Of a DNA stretch of 64,000 bases, positions 42,689 through 54,054 are shown one piece after another (position 1 is the first letter of the stretch; every line of letters starts with the position of its first letter). Source of the DNA: an uncultured Acidobacteriota bacterium (lineage in GTDB: Bacteria > Acidobacteriota > Thermoanaerobaculia > UBA5066); contig CAVZPE010000019.1 of NCBI GenBank assembly GCA_963776915.1, positions 7,994 through 71,993 on the forward strand. The letters are read 5' to 3'. The position numbers were made by a program, and so were the translations under genes. The notes below the pieces were generated by a model, which did no database searches, was not told the DNA's origin, and was given only the letters and a program-made list of their open reading frames with translations.

Positions 42689-44920
42689 GTGACCCCTCGT
42701 TCCGCACGTACCGTCCTCGCGTGCGTTCTCGTGCTCCTGTCCGCCCCTGCGCTCGCGGACGAAGGCATGTGGATGCCCCAGCAGATCCCGCAGCTCGCCT
42801 CGCGCCTCGCGGCGATGGGTTTCCAGGGAGATCCCCAGGCCTTCGCCGACCTGACGGGACAGCCGATGGGCGCCATCGTCTCGCTCGGCGGCTGCAGCGC
42901 GTCGTTCGTGTCGCCCGACGGGCTCATCGTCACGAACAACCACTGCGTGCAGGGCGCGCTCCAGTACAACTCGAAGCCCGACCGCAACCTCATGGTCGAC
43001 GGCTACCTCGCCAGGACGCGCGCCGACGAGCTGTGGAGCGGCCCCGGCTCGCGCGTCTACGTGACCGTCTCCGTCCGGGACGTCACGGACGACATCGCGG
43101 GGAAGATCGACCCGAAGCTCGCCGACCGCAAGCGCTTCGACCTGATCGAGCAGCGCACCAAGGCGAAAGTTGCCGAATGCGAGAAGGCCGCCCTGCGCTG
43201 CACGGTCGCGCCGTTCTTCGAGGGCCTGAAGTGGTTCGAGCTCGCCCAGATGGAGATCCAGGACGTTCGGCTCGTCTACGCCCCGCCGGCCGGCATCGGC
43301 AACTTCGGCGGCGAGACGGACAACTGGCAGTGGCCGCGCCAGACGGGGGACTGGTCGTTCTACCGCGCGTACGTCTCGAAGGACGGCAAGGCCGTTCCGT
43401 TCTCGAAGGAGAACGTCCCCTACAAGCCGAAGCACTGGCTCAAGGTGTCGCCCGCGGGCGCCAATCCCGGCGACCTCGTCTTCGTCGTGGGCTACCCGGG
43501 CAGGACGTACCGCCTGAACCCGTACGAGGAGGTCCGGGAGACGGTCGAGTGGACGCTTCCGCGCTCGATCAGGCGCTCCACCGACCGGATCGCGATCCTC
43601 GACAGGCTGGCGAAGGAGGACCGCGAGACGGCCCTGCACGTCGCGCAGACCGTCCGGGGCCTCAACAACGGCCTGACGAAGAACAAGGGCGTGCTCCAGG
43701 GCATGGTCAAGGGCGGCCTCCTCGCGGACAAGAAGCGGATGGAAGAGGACTTCGTGAAGTGGATCGACGCCGAGCCCGTCCGCCGGGCGAAGTACGGCGA
43801 CGTGATCCCGGCCCTCGACGCGCTCGCGGCCGCGCGCGTGAAGACGCGCGAGCGCAACGCCCTTCTCGTCGAGCTCTCGGGCGCGACGTACATGAGCGTC
43901 GGGAGCGCCCTCGGCGCGGCCCAGGGCCTCTACCGGTACTCGATCGAGAAGGCGAAGAAGGACGCCGACCGCGATCCCTCGTTCCAGGAGCGCAACTGGA
44001 GCCGCCTCCACGACATGCAGGTGCGCGCCCAGCGCACGCTCGACCCGAAGGCGGACGCCGCCCTCATGCGCTACGCCCTCGCGGACGTCGCGAAGCTCCC
44101 GCCGGACGAGCGGATCGGCGTCCTCGACGCCCAGATCGGCCTGAAGCCGGGGATGGCCGAGGCCGACGCCGGCAAGGCGATCGACCACTGGCTTCACAAG
44201 CTGATCGCGGGGACGAGGATCTACGAGAAGGACTTCCGGCTGTCCCTCTTCGACAAGTCCACCGCGGACATCGTCGCGACGAAGGACCCGATGATCCGCC
44301 TCGCCGCCGAGCTCTACCCTCTCCAGGAAGAGATCCGCGAGAAGACGCGGGAGCGCGAGGGCGCGCTCTACCGCCTCGGGCCGCGGTACGCGGAGGCGCT
44401 CCTCGCGCGGAGCGGCGGGCTCGTCTCGCCGGACGCGAACTCGACGCTCCGCGTCACGTACGGGAAGGTCCTCGGCGTTCCGGCGCGCGACGGCCTCCTC
44501 TACGCGCCCCAGACGACGCTCGCCGGCATCGTCGAGAAGGCGACCGGCACGGGCGAGTTCAACGCGCCCCGGGCCGAGCTGGACGCGATCAAGGCGCTCC
44601 GCGCGGGGAAGACGAGCCCCTACGTCGATCCGAAGCTGAACGACGTGCCGGTGAACTTCCTCTCGACGGTCGACACGACGGGCGGCAACTCCGGCTCGGC
44701 GACGCTCAACGCGCGCGGCGAGCTCTGCGGCCTCCTGTTCGACGGCACGTTCGACACGGTGGCCTCCGACTATCTCTTCGACCCGGTGCGGACGCGGTCG
44801 ATCCACGTCGACAGCCGCTACATGCTCTGGACGATGTCCGAGGTGGACGGCGCGACGAACCTCCTCCGGGAGATCGGGGAGGCTCCGAGCCTCGACGTGA
44901 CGACCCAGACCGTTCACTGA
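42689..44920 (+). CDS. S46 family dipeptidyl peptidase (DPP7/DAP BII-like), secreted
   Basis: DEGMW, GCSASFVS, TNNHC, NWQWPR, DANSTLR and TTGGNSGS. Confidence 0.92.
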   Translation: MTPRSARTVLACVLVLLSAPALADEGMWMPQQIPQLASRLAAMGFQGDPQAFADLTGQPMGAIVSLGGCSASFVSPDGLIVTNNHCVQGALQYNSKPDRNLMVDGYLARTRADELWSGPGSRVYVTVSVRDVTDDIAGKIDPKLADRKRFDLIEQRTKAKVAECEKAALRCTVAPFFEGLKWFELAQMEIQDVRLVYAPPAGIGNFGGETDNWQWPRQTGDWSFYRAYVSKDGKAVPFSKENVPYKPKHWLKVSPAGANPGDLVFVVGYPGRTYRLNPYEEVRETVEWTLPRSIRRSTDRIAILDRLAKEDRETALHVAQTVRGLNNGLTKNKGVLQGMVKGGLLADKKRMEEDFVKWIDAEPVRRAKYGDVIPALDALAAARVKTRERNALLVELSGATYMSVGSALGAAQGLYRYSIEKAKKDADRDPSFQERNWSRLHDMQVRAQRTLDPKADAALMRYALADVAKLPPDERIGVLDAQIGLKPGMAEADAGKAIDHWLHKLIAGTRIYEKDFRLSLFDKSTADIVATKDPMIRLAAELYPLQEEIREKTREREGALYRLGPRYAEALLARSGGLVSPDANSTLRVTYGKVLGVPARDGLLYAPQTTLAGIVEKATGTGEFNAPRAELDAIKALRAGKTSPYVDPKLNDVPVNFLSTVDTTGGNSGSATLNARGELCGLLFDGTFDTVASDYLFDPVRTRSIHVDSRYMLWTMSEVDGATNLLREIGEAPSLDVTTQTVH

Positions 44921-44995
44921 CGGTTCCCGAGGCCCCCTTCGGGCCATTCGAGTCGGCTGCGGGCCGCCTCCCTCGCGGCGGGCCCGCGCGACGGT

Positions 44996-45350
44996 TCAGC
45001 CCGCCCGCGTGCCGTCGGGAACGGGACGCTCGGGGACGGCGAGCGCCGGGCCGAGGCCGTCGGCGTAGCCGAGGTCGAAGAGCATCCCCTCGGAGACCTC
45101 GCCCGCCATCTTCCGCGGCTCGAGGTTCACGACGAACAGGGCCTGCCTGCCCCTCGAGCTCCTTCGGGTTCGCGCGCTCCTTGCGGATCCCCGCGAGGAT
45201 CGTCCGCGTGTGGTCGCCGAACGACACGACGAGCCGGGCGAGCTTCGCCGACGCGGGGACGTCCTCGACCCTCGTGATCGTCCCGACGCGCACGTCGAGC
45301 GCCTCGAGGGCGGAGAACGGGATCGTCGGCTTCACGGGAGCGGGCGTCAT
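44996..45350 (-). CDS. CsaA/Trbp111-like tRNA-binding OB-fold protein, indel near 45150
   Basis: LDVRVGTI...KLARL; VVNLEPRKMAGEVSEGM in the shifted frame. Confidence 0.85.
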
Positions 45351-45384
45351 GCGGAACCTCCGGGCCGCGCGTATCCTCCGCCGC

Positions 45385-46452
45385 GTGACGACGCGACTCA
45401 AGGGCGCGGCGGCTCGCGGCTCTCGCGGCGCTCGCGCTCGGGGCGGCCTGCGGGCGGCGGCCCGCGGCGCCGGCGGCGGTTCGCGAGAAGAACGCCGGCG
45501 GCTGGGAGGAGGTCCGGATCGGGACGGACGCCGTCTTCAACGGCCTTCACTTCGTCGACGCCGACGTCGGGTGGATCGTCGGCGGGAGCCCGTTCGTGAC
45601 CGGCGGAATCGTCGGACGGACGGAGGACGGCGGGAAGACCTGGCGGTACGTCACCGGCGTGACGGGCGGCGGGCCGACGTGGTCCTCTCCGCGGTCCACG
45701 GGTTCGACCGCATGCGCGCGTGCGCCGTCGGAGAGGGAATCTTCCTCACGTTCGACGGCGGGCAGAGCTGGCAGCCGGCGCAGGGGGCGCATGGCGCGGA
45801 TCACCTGAGCGCCGTCGACTTCATCGACGATCGCGAGGGTTGGGCCGCGGGCGCGACGGGCGTGTTCCACACGGGCGACGCAGGAATGACGTGGCGGAGG
45901 CGGGACGTGGAGGCGGAGGTCCGGATCGGATCCATCTCGCCCCGCGCAATCCGATTCCTCGACGCGCGGAACGGATTCGTCTCGGGCCAGAACGCCAACC
46001 TGTGGCGAACGCGCGACGGCGGAGAGACCTGGGCCCGCGTACCGCTGTCTTTTCCTTCGAAGGCTCCCGAGCCGTCGCCTACGCTGCTCGGCGTGTTCTT
46101 CGAGGACGCGCGTCGAGGCTGGCTCGTCGGAGACTCCGCGACGACCCTCCGCACCCGGGACGGCGGCGAGACGTGGGAGGCCGTGAACGTCGGCGCGGGT
46201 CGTGCGACGCTCAGCGCGATCTCCTTCGCGGGCTCGGACGGGTGGATCGTCGGTTACCTTCCCGACAACGCGGCCCGCTCCTTCGTCTACAGGACCTCGG
46301 ACGGCGGCACGACGTGGGCCGTCGAGCGCACGCTGGACGGCGAGGAGCTGCGCGCGCTGCAGGTCCTCGACGCGGACACCGCCTGGGCCGTGGGGGACAC
46401 GGTCCGGACGGAGCCGCAGCGGATGCTGCGCCGCGCGCGCACCGGGCGCTGA
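45385..46452 (+). CDS. YCF48-like BNR-repeat lipoprotein, several indels
   Basis: LALGAAC lipobox; repeats F.D...GW.VG...T.DGG.TW. Confidence 0.7.
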   Translation: MTTRLKGAAARGSRGARARGGLRAAARGAGGGSREERRRLGGGPDRDGRRLQRPSLRRRRRRVDRRREPVRDRRNRRTDGGRREDLAVRHRRDGRRADVVLSAVHGFDRMRACAVGEGIFLTFDGGQSWQPAQGAHGADHLSAVDFIDDREGWAAGATGVFHTGDAGMTWRRRDVEAEVRIGSISPRAIRFLDARNGFVSGQNANLWRTRDGGETWARVPLSFPSKAPEPSPTLLGVFFEDARRGWLVGDSATTLRTRDGGETWEAVNVGAGRATLSAISFAGSDGWIVGYLPDNAARSFVYRTSDGGTTWAVERTLDGEELRALQVLDADTAWAVGDTVRTEPQRMLRRARTGR

Positions 46453-46453
46453 C

Positions 46454-47557
46454 TCAGGGAGAGAAGCGGATCGAGCGCGCGAGCGCGTCGAGGGCGTCGC
46501 GGCCCTCGTCGGGAACGGCCCATGACCATCCCGCCGGCGAGGAGGCGCCCGCCGTGCACGAAAAGGACGGTGCGCGCGTGGAAGGCGTGGCTCAGCGGGT
46601 CCCGCGTGTCCACGACGAGCGCGTCGCGGTCTCCGGCCGAGACGCGCGTCCGCGACGCCACCTCCCACCGACGCTGGTCGTGCCCGAAGAGCCGGAGGGC
46701 GCGCTGGACGAGCCATTCGTCCTCGAGGTTCGCGGGCCCCGTGCCGGGCGGCAGCTCGCCGCCGTCAACGAGGGCGATCCGCACCTCGCCGCGCCGGAAC
46801 TCCTGCTGCGCTGCCGTAGTCGACGCGCTCCCACCCGTCCGGCACGCTCACGCGGACGCGGTGCTCGCCGACGCGGATCTCCGTCACGCCGGGGGGGTCC
46901 GTCCGCTCGCGGAGAGCTCGTCGGCGCGCGCCGTCCGCACGGCGCCCGCCGCGGTCCGCCCGGCGCGGGGAAGGTCGCGGACGCGACGAGGGCGTCGAAG
47001 ACCGGGACGTCGGCCGGGCGTCCCAGGAACGTGAAGACGAAGACGCGCCGTCCCGCGAGGACGACGATCTCGCGCCCCTGGTGCTCCATGGACCTCTCGC
47101 GGATCGTGTAGTCCGTCTGGAACCCCGGCGCGTTCCCGATCGCCGCGGGCGCCGGCTCGCCGACCTCGGCGGAGTCGGCCGAGCGGAACGTCTCCTTCGT
47201 GAGGCGCAGCTTCGCGATCGCCTCCTCGGGGGTGTTCGGCTCCGGCTCGAGGAACGCCTCGGCCACCGTGATGCGCGTCGGGGGCACGGCGTACCGCGTG
47301 AAGGAGACGCCCTTCCGTCCCCCCTCCGCGTGGCGCTCGCGCGTGAACGGCGCGAGCGGAGGCGAGAAGACGACGGGCTGGTCGCTCCAGAGGAACGTCT
47401 CGGCCGGCGCGAGGGCGACGGGCGTCGCCTGCTTTGCCGGAGCGCCGGAAGAGGGGGATTTCTTCGAAAGGAAGAAGGAGAGAGCGCCGACCGCGAGGGC
47501 GCCCGCGACGACGAGGACCAGCGACGTCGGGACCGCGGCGCCCGGCGGACGCCGCAT
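46454..47557 (-). CDS. Membrane-anchored protein with two PsbP/DcrB-like repeats, several indels
   Basis: N-terminal TM; repeat ends FDALVASATF and DALARSIRF; VSVPDGWERV in a shifted frame. Confidence 0.5.
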
Positions 47558-47559
47558 CC

Positions 47560-48021
47560 GCGACCTCCGGGTTCGCCAATCACGAACCGTCGGGTGACGG
47601 AGAAGGCCGAGAGCGCGACGACGAGGGGAAGCGACGGAGACGAGGAACGCGACGGCCGAGCCGGCGCGAAACAGGGCGAGCGCGTTCGCCGCGTCGGGCT
47701 CGGCGGCCGCGAGCTAAGCGGCGGGAGCGGCCGCGGCGCTGACGCTCGCGGTACGCGAAGAACGCGGACACCGCGAGCGCGACGAGCCCCGTCGTCGCGA
47801 GGAGCGCGCGCGCCCAGGCTTACCCTTCTAAGAAGTCCGAACGCGCCGGCGCCGCGAGAGCCGCGAGGAGCAGGGAGAGGGAAGCAAGGATCTTCTGTCT
47901 CGCCGGTGCTCGAGCTCCTCGAGAGGACGAGGACCGCGCCGACCGCGCCTGCTCCCGACAGAACGATCCACGCCCACGCGAGAACCGTGACGAGGATCGG
48001 GCGCGGGGCGGAGGGCCTCAT
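47560..48021 (-). CDS. Small multi-TM hypothetical protein, multiple indels, end approximate
   Basis: RPILVTVLAWAWIVL and GLLRR.AWAR hydrophobic segments; ATG overlaps the upstream TGA. Confidence 0.45.
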
Positions 48022-49116
48022 GACAGCGACGCGAGGAGGATGAAGAGGAGCACGGCGGCCGCGATCGCGAGGCCGATCTTGACCCACGACCACGGCGCGT
48101 GGCCGTCCGTCTTGCCCGTGACGCCGTTCACGAGAAAGCGGTAGGGCTTGCCGCCGTACTGGTACGCCGCGATCCAGACGGGCAGGAGGCCGTTCTTGCA
48201 CGCGACGCCGGACCACGCGGTCCGCACCTGCAGGTTCCGAAAGCGGTCGCCGGGCACCTCGCGGCCGCAGGCCGCGTACCAGCTCCTCGGTCATGCGGCG
48301 CTGCGCGGACGCGAGCGCGTCCTTCGGCCCGACGGCGTATTCCTCGGCGAGGAAGCCGGACAGGTACGACGCCTCGTACGCGAGGAGGTCGGCCGTCGGG
48401 AAGGGCTCGATCGCGCGCGCGAGGTCGGGCGGGAGGCCGCGCGACGCGGCGACGGGCAGGTCGTCGAAGAAGTGCTCGAGGACGCCCGAGGCCGGCTCCC
48501 AGCGCGTGCGCGTCTCGTAGCGCGTGTGGACCTGCCCGTTCTCCTCGACCTGGACCGCGACCTGATAGTCGTAGCCCGCGTCCGCCGTCCACGCCGAGTG
48601 CGTCGCGGCGTCGAACGTCCAGAACGGGACGTAGACGCCCTTCAGCTCCGACAGCGCCGACTTCTTCGAGAGGTCGTCCGGCCGGAACCAGAGCGACGTG
48701 AGCCACTGCCGGAACCGGCCCGTCGCCGCGTTCCGGTCCACGCGGAACGGGAGGACGCCCGCCGGGCGGACCATCGTGTCGCTCGGCGGCGCCTCGACGA
48801 CGGACGGCGCGCCGCAGAACGCACAGCGCGACGCCGCGACGCCGGCGTCGAACGTCGTCGTCGCGCCGCAGCCGCTGCAGGTCACGGCCTTGCGCGCCAG
48901 GCCCCAGCCGAGGTCGGAGGCACCGCGGAGCGCCTCCTCGATGGGGCGCTCCGTCACCTGTCCCGGCGCCTTCGGAATCTCCTTCTTCACGCCGCAGTAC
49001 GGGCACGTCAGCGCCGACTCGCCGGGGCTCCACACGACGTCCGCGCCGCACGCGGCGCACGGGAACTTGCGGAGCTTCGCCGGCGCGGCGCCTCCCGCGG
49101 TCGGGGTGTCCTTCAC
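48018..49116 (-). CDS. Multi-zinc-ribbon protein with C-terminal TM (SPFH-associated), indel near 48280
   Basis: CAAC, CPYC, CSGC and CAFC; VYVPFWTFD, LLPVWI and VNGVTGK. Confidence 0.8.
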
Positions 49117-49129
49117 GGCCGGCTGCGGA

Positions 49130-50290
49130 TCAGCGCGCCGGCGGCGGGGGCGGCGGCGGCGCCTGGGCCGACCCGCCCGGCGCCGCGAACTCCTCGAAGC
49201 TCGAGAGCGGGGCCCAGCCCGCGGCTCCCGGCTTCCAGGCGAGCGTGCCCGCGGCGACCTGTCCCGACGCGACCATGCCCTTCACGGCGTCGTCGGAGTA
49301 CGGCCCGTACGTCTTGCCGTCCACCGTGAGCGACCAGCGCGGCGCCGCGAAGCCCGGAGCCGGCGGCGGGGGCGGAGGAGCCGTGCCGCCCCCCATCCCC
49401 TGGCCCGCGTTCGCGAGCGCGCCGCCCATCATCCCGCCCATCGCGATGCCGGCGCCGATGCCGATCCCGGCGCCCGCGGCGCCGCCCGGGTTCGCGGCGG
49501 CGATCTTCATGGCGTCGGCCGCCTGCAGCTGCGTGTACTGCCCCATCTTGTCGCCGAGGACGCCCAGCTTCGTGCGCTGGTCGATCGCGGCCTCGACCTC
49601 CTCCGGGAGCGAGACGTTCTCGATGAAGAACTTCGCGAGGTCGAGTCCGAAGGTTCCGAACTCGGGCGCGAGAATCTGCCTGCCGGTGCCCGACAGCTCG
49701 TCGTACTTCGAGGCGATGTCGAGCGCGGAGACCTTCGCCTCGGCGATCGCGTCGGAGAGCTTCGAGAGGATCGTGGAGCGGAGCTGGCCGGTGATCTCGT
49801 CCGTCGTCGTGAGGCCCTGCGTTCCGACGATCGTCGCGAAGAACGTCTTCGGCTCGGCGATCTTCATCGCGTACGTGCCGAAGGCGCGGAGGCGGATCAT
49901 CCCGAACTCCGCGTCGCGCATCATCACGGGGTTCGTCGTGCCCCACTTGAGGTCCGTGAAGAGGCGCGTGTTGAAGAAGTAGACCTCGGCCCGGAACGGC
50001 GACTGGAAGCCGTACTTCCACCCGCGCAGGTCGGTCAGGATCGGCAGGTTCTGCGTCGTGAGCTCGTAGCGGCCCGGACCGAACAGGTCGGCCGCCTTTC
50101 CCTCGTTGATGAAGAGCGCGGCCTGGTTCTCGCGAACCGTGAGCTGGGCGCCCATCTTGATCTCCTGGTTGTAGACGGGGAAGCGGTAGACCAGCGAGTC
50201 GTTCGAGTCGTCCAGCCACTGGATGATCTCGATGAACTGCGAGCCGAGCTGATTGCCGATCTGCTGTTTGAGATTGTCGAGCAGGCCCAC
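49130..50290 (-). CDS. SPFH (YdjI-like) protein with C-terminal GYF_2 domain
   Basis: GAQLTVRENQ, KWGTTNP, RAFGTY; Pro-rich linker; GPYS...AWKPGAAGW. Confidence 0.88.
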   Translation of the reverse strand: MGLLDNLKQQIGNQLGSQFIEIIQWLDDSNDSLVYRFPVYNQEIKMGAQLTVRENQAALFINEGKAADLFGPGRYELTTQNLPILTDLRGWKYGFQSPFRAEVYFFNTRLFTDLKWGTTNPVMMRDAEFGMIRLRAFGTYAMKIAEPKTFFATIVGTQGLTTTDEITGQLRSTILSKLSDAIAEAKVSALDIASKYDELSGTGRQILAPEFGTFGLDLAKFFIENVSLPEEVEAAIDQRTKLGVLGDKMGQYTQLQAADAMKIAAANPGGAAGAGIGIGAGIAMGGMMGGALANAGQGMGGGTAPPPPPPAPGFAAPRWSLTVDGKTYGPYSDDAVKGMVASGQVAAGTLAWKPGAAGWAPLSSFEEFAAPGGSAQAPPPPPPPAR

Positions 50291-50398
50291 GAGGAACCTC
50301 CTTCGGCGGTGAAAATGGAAGCTACAGTCTATCCAACTATACGAAGGGGAGACCCCCCGGGGTTCACCGTTGCGAAAACAGGACTTACGGGATCCCCT

Positions 50399-51058
50399 TC
50401 AGGGCAGCTCGGCAAACGCGCGCACCGGGAACGTGCCCATGCCGGCCACCTTGACCGGCACCGCGTAAAAGCGGAAGCCGGACGCGGGCAGCGCCTCGAG
50501 GTTGCAGAGGTGCTCGACGACGGGGATGCCGGCCCGGAGGAGGATCGAGTGCACGGGCCGCGAGAGGTCGTCCGTGTCGTCGATGTTGTGCGAGTCGATC
50601 CCGACGATGGCGGCGCCGCGCGCGGCCAGCAGCCGCGCGGCGGAAGACGTGAGATGGGAAGAGCGATGAAAGTAAGAGGGACTGCCCCAGAACTCGGCCC
50701 AGCCGCTGTGAATGAGCACGGCCTTGCCGCGGACCTCTTTACCTTCTAAGAAATCTTCTCCGACGGCGAGCCCCCGCGCATGCGGCGCCGCGATGAGAAC
50801 GCCTTCGAGACCTGCGAGGGAAGCAAGAGAAAGCTGCGAAAGGTCCGCTCCGTCTTCCCAGCGGTGAGACGGCGCGTCCACGTACGTGCCCGTGTTCGCG
50901 ACCATCTCGATCTTCCCGATCTGGAACGTCGTCCCGCCCGCGTAGAGCGGGCGGGAGGCCTCACGACTGAGGTGGTCTCGGATGACCGGGCCGGGCAGGC
51001 CCTTGTACGTGGCCATCCCGGCGCGGACCGTGTGACTGAGGTCCACGAGGCGCGGCAT
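50399..51058 (-). CDS. Cyclase / kynurenine formamidase family protein
   Basis: DLSH, NTGTYVDAP.H, GIDSHNID and EHLCNL. Confidence 0.85.
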   Translation of the reverse strand: MPRLVDLSHTVRAGMATYKGLPGPVIRDHLSREASRPLYAGGTTFQIGKIEMVANTGTYVDAPSHRWEDGADLSQLSLASLAGLEGVLIAAPHARGLAVGEDFLEGKEVRGKAVLIHSGWAEFWGSPSYFHRSSHLTSSAARLLAARGAAIVGIDSHNIDDTDDLSRPVHSILLRAGIPVVEHLCNLEALPASGFRFYAVPVKVAGMGTFPVRAFAELP

Positions 51059-52374
51059 GGCGCGAGGATACCGGCTGTCCGGGGCGCGGGCCGGGGGGCC
51101 CGCCGGGCCCCCGCCGTCCCGCCATCCCCGCCTCGTGGATCGCGCGGCGGTCGGCCTTCTCCTTGGCGCGCTTGCGCTCTTCCGCCTTGCGCGCGCGGAT
51201 CGCGGCGATGCGCTCGGCGATGGGGACCTCGAAGCGTTCCGTCGGGCGCGTCGAGTAGTCGAAATCCGGCACGGTGACGCGCGGAAGGCGCTTGCCGATC
51301 GCCCGCTCGATCTGGCGGAGGTCCGCCTCCTCGTCCGGCGCGACGAACGTGAACGCGTCGCCCTTCAGCTCCGCACGCGCCGTGCGGCCGACGCGGTGGA
51401 TGTAGTCCTCGGGCACGTGCGGGACGTCGAAGTTCACGACGTGCGAGAGGGCCTCGACGTCGATGCCGCGCGCCGCGATGTCCGTCGCGACGAGGACCTT
51501 GAACTTGCCGTCCTTGAACCCGGCGAGCGCGGCCGTCCGCTGCGCCTGGCTTCGGTTGCCGTGGATGCGCTCGCAGAGGACGCCGTGGCGCGTGAGCTGG
51601 TCCGCGAGGCGGTTCGCGCGGTGCTTCGTGCGCGTGAACGTGAGCACGCTCTTGAAGTCGCCCCTCTTCATGAGCGCGAGGAGGAGCGCGAACTTGAGGT
51701 CCTGCGGCACCGGGTACACGGCCTGCGTGATCCCGACGGCGGGCAGGGCCTGCCGCTCGATGTTCACCATGCACGGGATCCTTCAGCATCTCCTTCGAGA
51801 GCTGCGCGATCGGAGGCGGCATCGTCGCCGAGAAGAACAGCGTCTGGCTCCGCGGGGGCAGGTGCTTCAGCACGCGGCGGATGTCCGGGAGGAACCCCAT
51901 GTCGAGCATCCGGTCCGCCTCGTCGAGGACGAGGACCTCGAGGCCGGAGAGCTTCGCGTACGGGAAGCGGAAGTGGTCGAGGAGGCGGCCGGGCGTCGCG
52001 ACGATCACGTCGACGCCGCTCCGGAACGCGTGCTCCTGCGGCCCCATCCCGACGCCGCCGAAGACGGCCGCGCCCGACATCGCCGTGTGGACGGCGAGCT
52101 GCTTGAGGTGCTCGTCGATCTGCGCGGCGAGCTCGCGCGTGGGCGTGAGGATCAGCGCGCGCGTCGTGCCGCGCGGCTTGGCCATGAGGCGGTGGAGGAT
52201 CGGGAGGACGAACGCGGCGGTCTTGCCGCTGCCCGTCATCGCGCAGGCGAGGAGGTCCCGGCCCTGCATCGCGGGCGGGATGGAGTCGAGCTGGATGGGC
52301 GTCGGACGCGTGAAGCCCATCTCCTTGACGCCGCGGAGGAGGTCGGGGTGGAGACCGAACGAGGAAAAGGCCAT
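50961..52374 (-). CDS. DEAD-box RNA helicase (RhlE-like), indel near 51770; 3' end uncertain
   Basis: TGSGKT, PTRELA, TPGRL, DEAD, SAT, ATDIAARGID and HRVGRTAR. Confidence 0.9.
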
Positions 52375-52567
52375 GTCGTGACGAATCGCTTTCCGGGCCC
52401 GGCCGCGTTGCGCGCACCGGTCCCGTGGTGGGTCCGGCGGGGCGGGGAACGATGGATCGCCGGCAGGCCATCGAGCGGACCGGGGCGGCCGTTTCCCATG
52501 GGGAGGGCGGCGGCGGGTCCTGTGGGGTTCGGGGCCGGGACGCGCCTTCGCGCCCGTCAGCCGGACG

Positions 52568-54020
52568 TCAGGGTCTCACGGATCGGCGATTTCGGCAAAC
52601 GCGGCCTCCGTGCGGTGCGGGCGGTCTCGTCTCGACGACGTCGACGAGCGGACTCGAGAGGAGCCGCCGCGCGGGGCCGAGTCGCGCGGCGAGGGCCGCC
52701 GACGCGCGCGAGCCGCGCGGCAGGACGAAGACGCGCGGGTGCGCGGGAGCGTCGAGCAGCGCCTCGGCCTCGCGGGCGAGGGTGTCCTCCGGGATCTCCT
52801 CCTCGCGGTACCAGCCCGGATGCGCCGCGACGGCGGACGGAAAGAGCACGACCCGCCCCGGCAGGCCGGCGCGCGCGAGGCGGTAGTCGAGCTCGGGACC
52901 CCAGTAGCCGGCGGCCACGATCGTCTTGCCCGCGCGGGCCGGCGTCTCGAGGAGACGCGCGACGATCTCGCCCGGCGACGGGCCCGCGAGCTCGGGCAGG
53001 GCGCGGACGAGGAACGCCGCCGAGAGGGCGGCCGCGCCGACCGTCACGCGGGGGAGGGGCCGACGCGAGGAGAAGGGCGACGAAGGGAAGGAAGACGACG
53101 GCGGTCCGCCCGGGAAGGACGAGCGCGCCGGTCGCGAGCTGGGCCAGGGCGAGGAGGGCGAGCGACCCCGCGAGGACCGCCGCGACGGGCGAGAGGACGC
53201 CCCGGCGCTCGCGCAGGAGGAGCGCGGCGACGAGCGCGGCGCCGAGGACGGCGAGCGGCAGCGCGAGGGTCCCGGCCGGCTCGACGCCGAACGCGAGGTT
53301 CGCGGGGAAGTCCCGGGCCGCCTCCGCGAAGGCGGGGCCGCGCGCCCAGGCCATGGACGCCGCGGGCTGGCGGAGCGCGATCGGGACCCAGGGCGCGGCG
53401 AGCGCCGCCGCCGCGAGACCGGAAAGCACGAGAGCCCTCCGCGCGGCGGGCCGCGCGCCGACCGCGAGGAGGGCGAGCGCGGCGACGGGGAAGATCGCGA
53501 GGTAGTGCGTGAGGACGGCCCCCGCGGCGGCGAGGGCGACCGCGAGGCCCGTGCCGAACCGGGGCCGCTCGCGCAGCGCGAGCGCCCGCTCGAACGCGGC
53601 GAGCGCGAGGAGCGACGCGAGCGCGTATCCGCGGCCCTCGACCCCGTAGAGGATCGCGAGCGGAAAGACCGCGTAGAGCGCGGCGGCCCTCCGGCCCTCG
53701 TCGGCGCGGCCGAGGCGACGGGCGGCGAGGACGAGGAGCGGAAGGTGAAGGAGGGACGCGACGAGGGAGAAGAGCCGCACGACGGCGTCTCCCGCGCCGG
53801 GAACCGGAAACGGCAGGAGGAGGACGTGCGCCACGAGATAGTGGAGCGGCGGGCCCGAGTCCACGCGCAGCGCGGCCAGGATGTCCGGCACGCTCCGCCG
53901 CGCGAGCGTCAGCGTGAAGATCTCGTCCGCCCAGAGCGGCCGCGCGAAGGCCGCGTACATGCGCGCGAGAACGCCCGCCGCGAAGGCGACGGCGAGCGCC
54001 AGGCGGGCGGTCTTGCTCAA
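52568..54020 (-). CDS. GT-C / ArnT-like membrane glycosyltransferase, indel near 53050
   Basis: LWADE, DSGPPLHY, RLFS, EGRGY and THY; many TMs. Confidence 0.75.
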
Positions 54021-54054
54021 GCCGGGAAAGACTAGCACCCGTGACGGCGGCGGA

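Noticed and set aside
48018-50290. Viral origin or priA function implied by the common 'virion core protein' and 'primosomal protein N' labels for these families
   Set aside because: The sequences show SPFH, GYF_2 and Zn-ribbon features only, with no helicase motifs or viral context.
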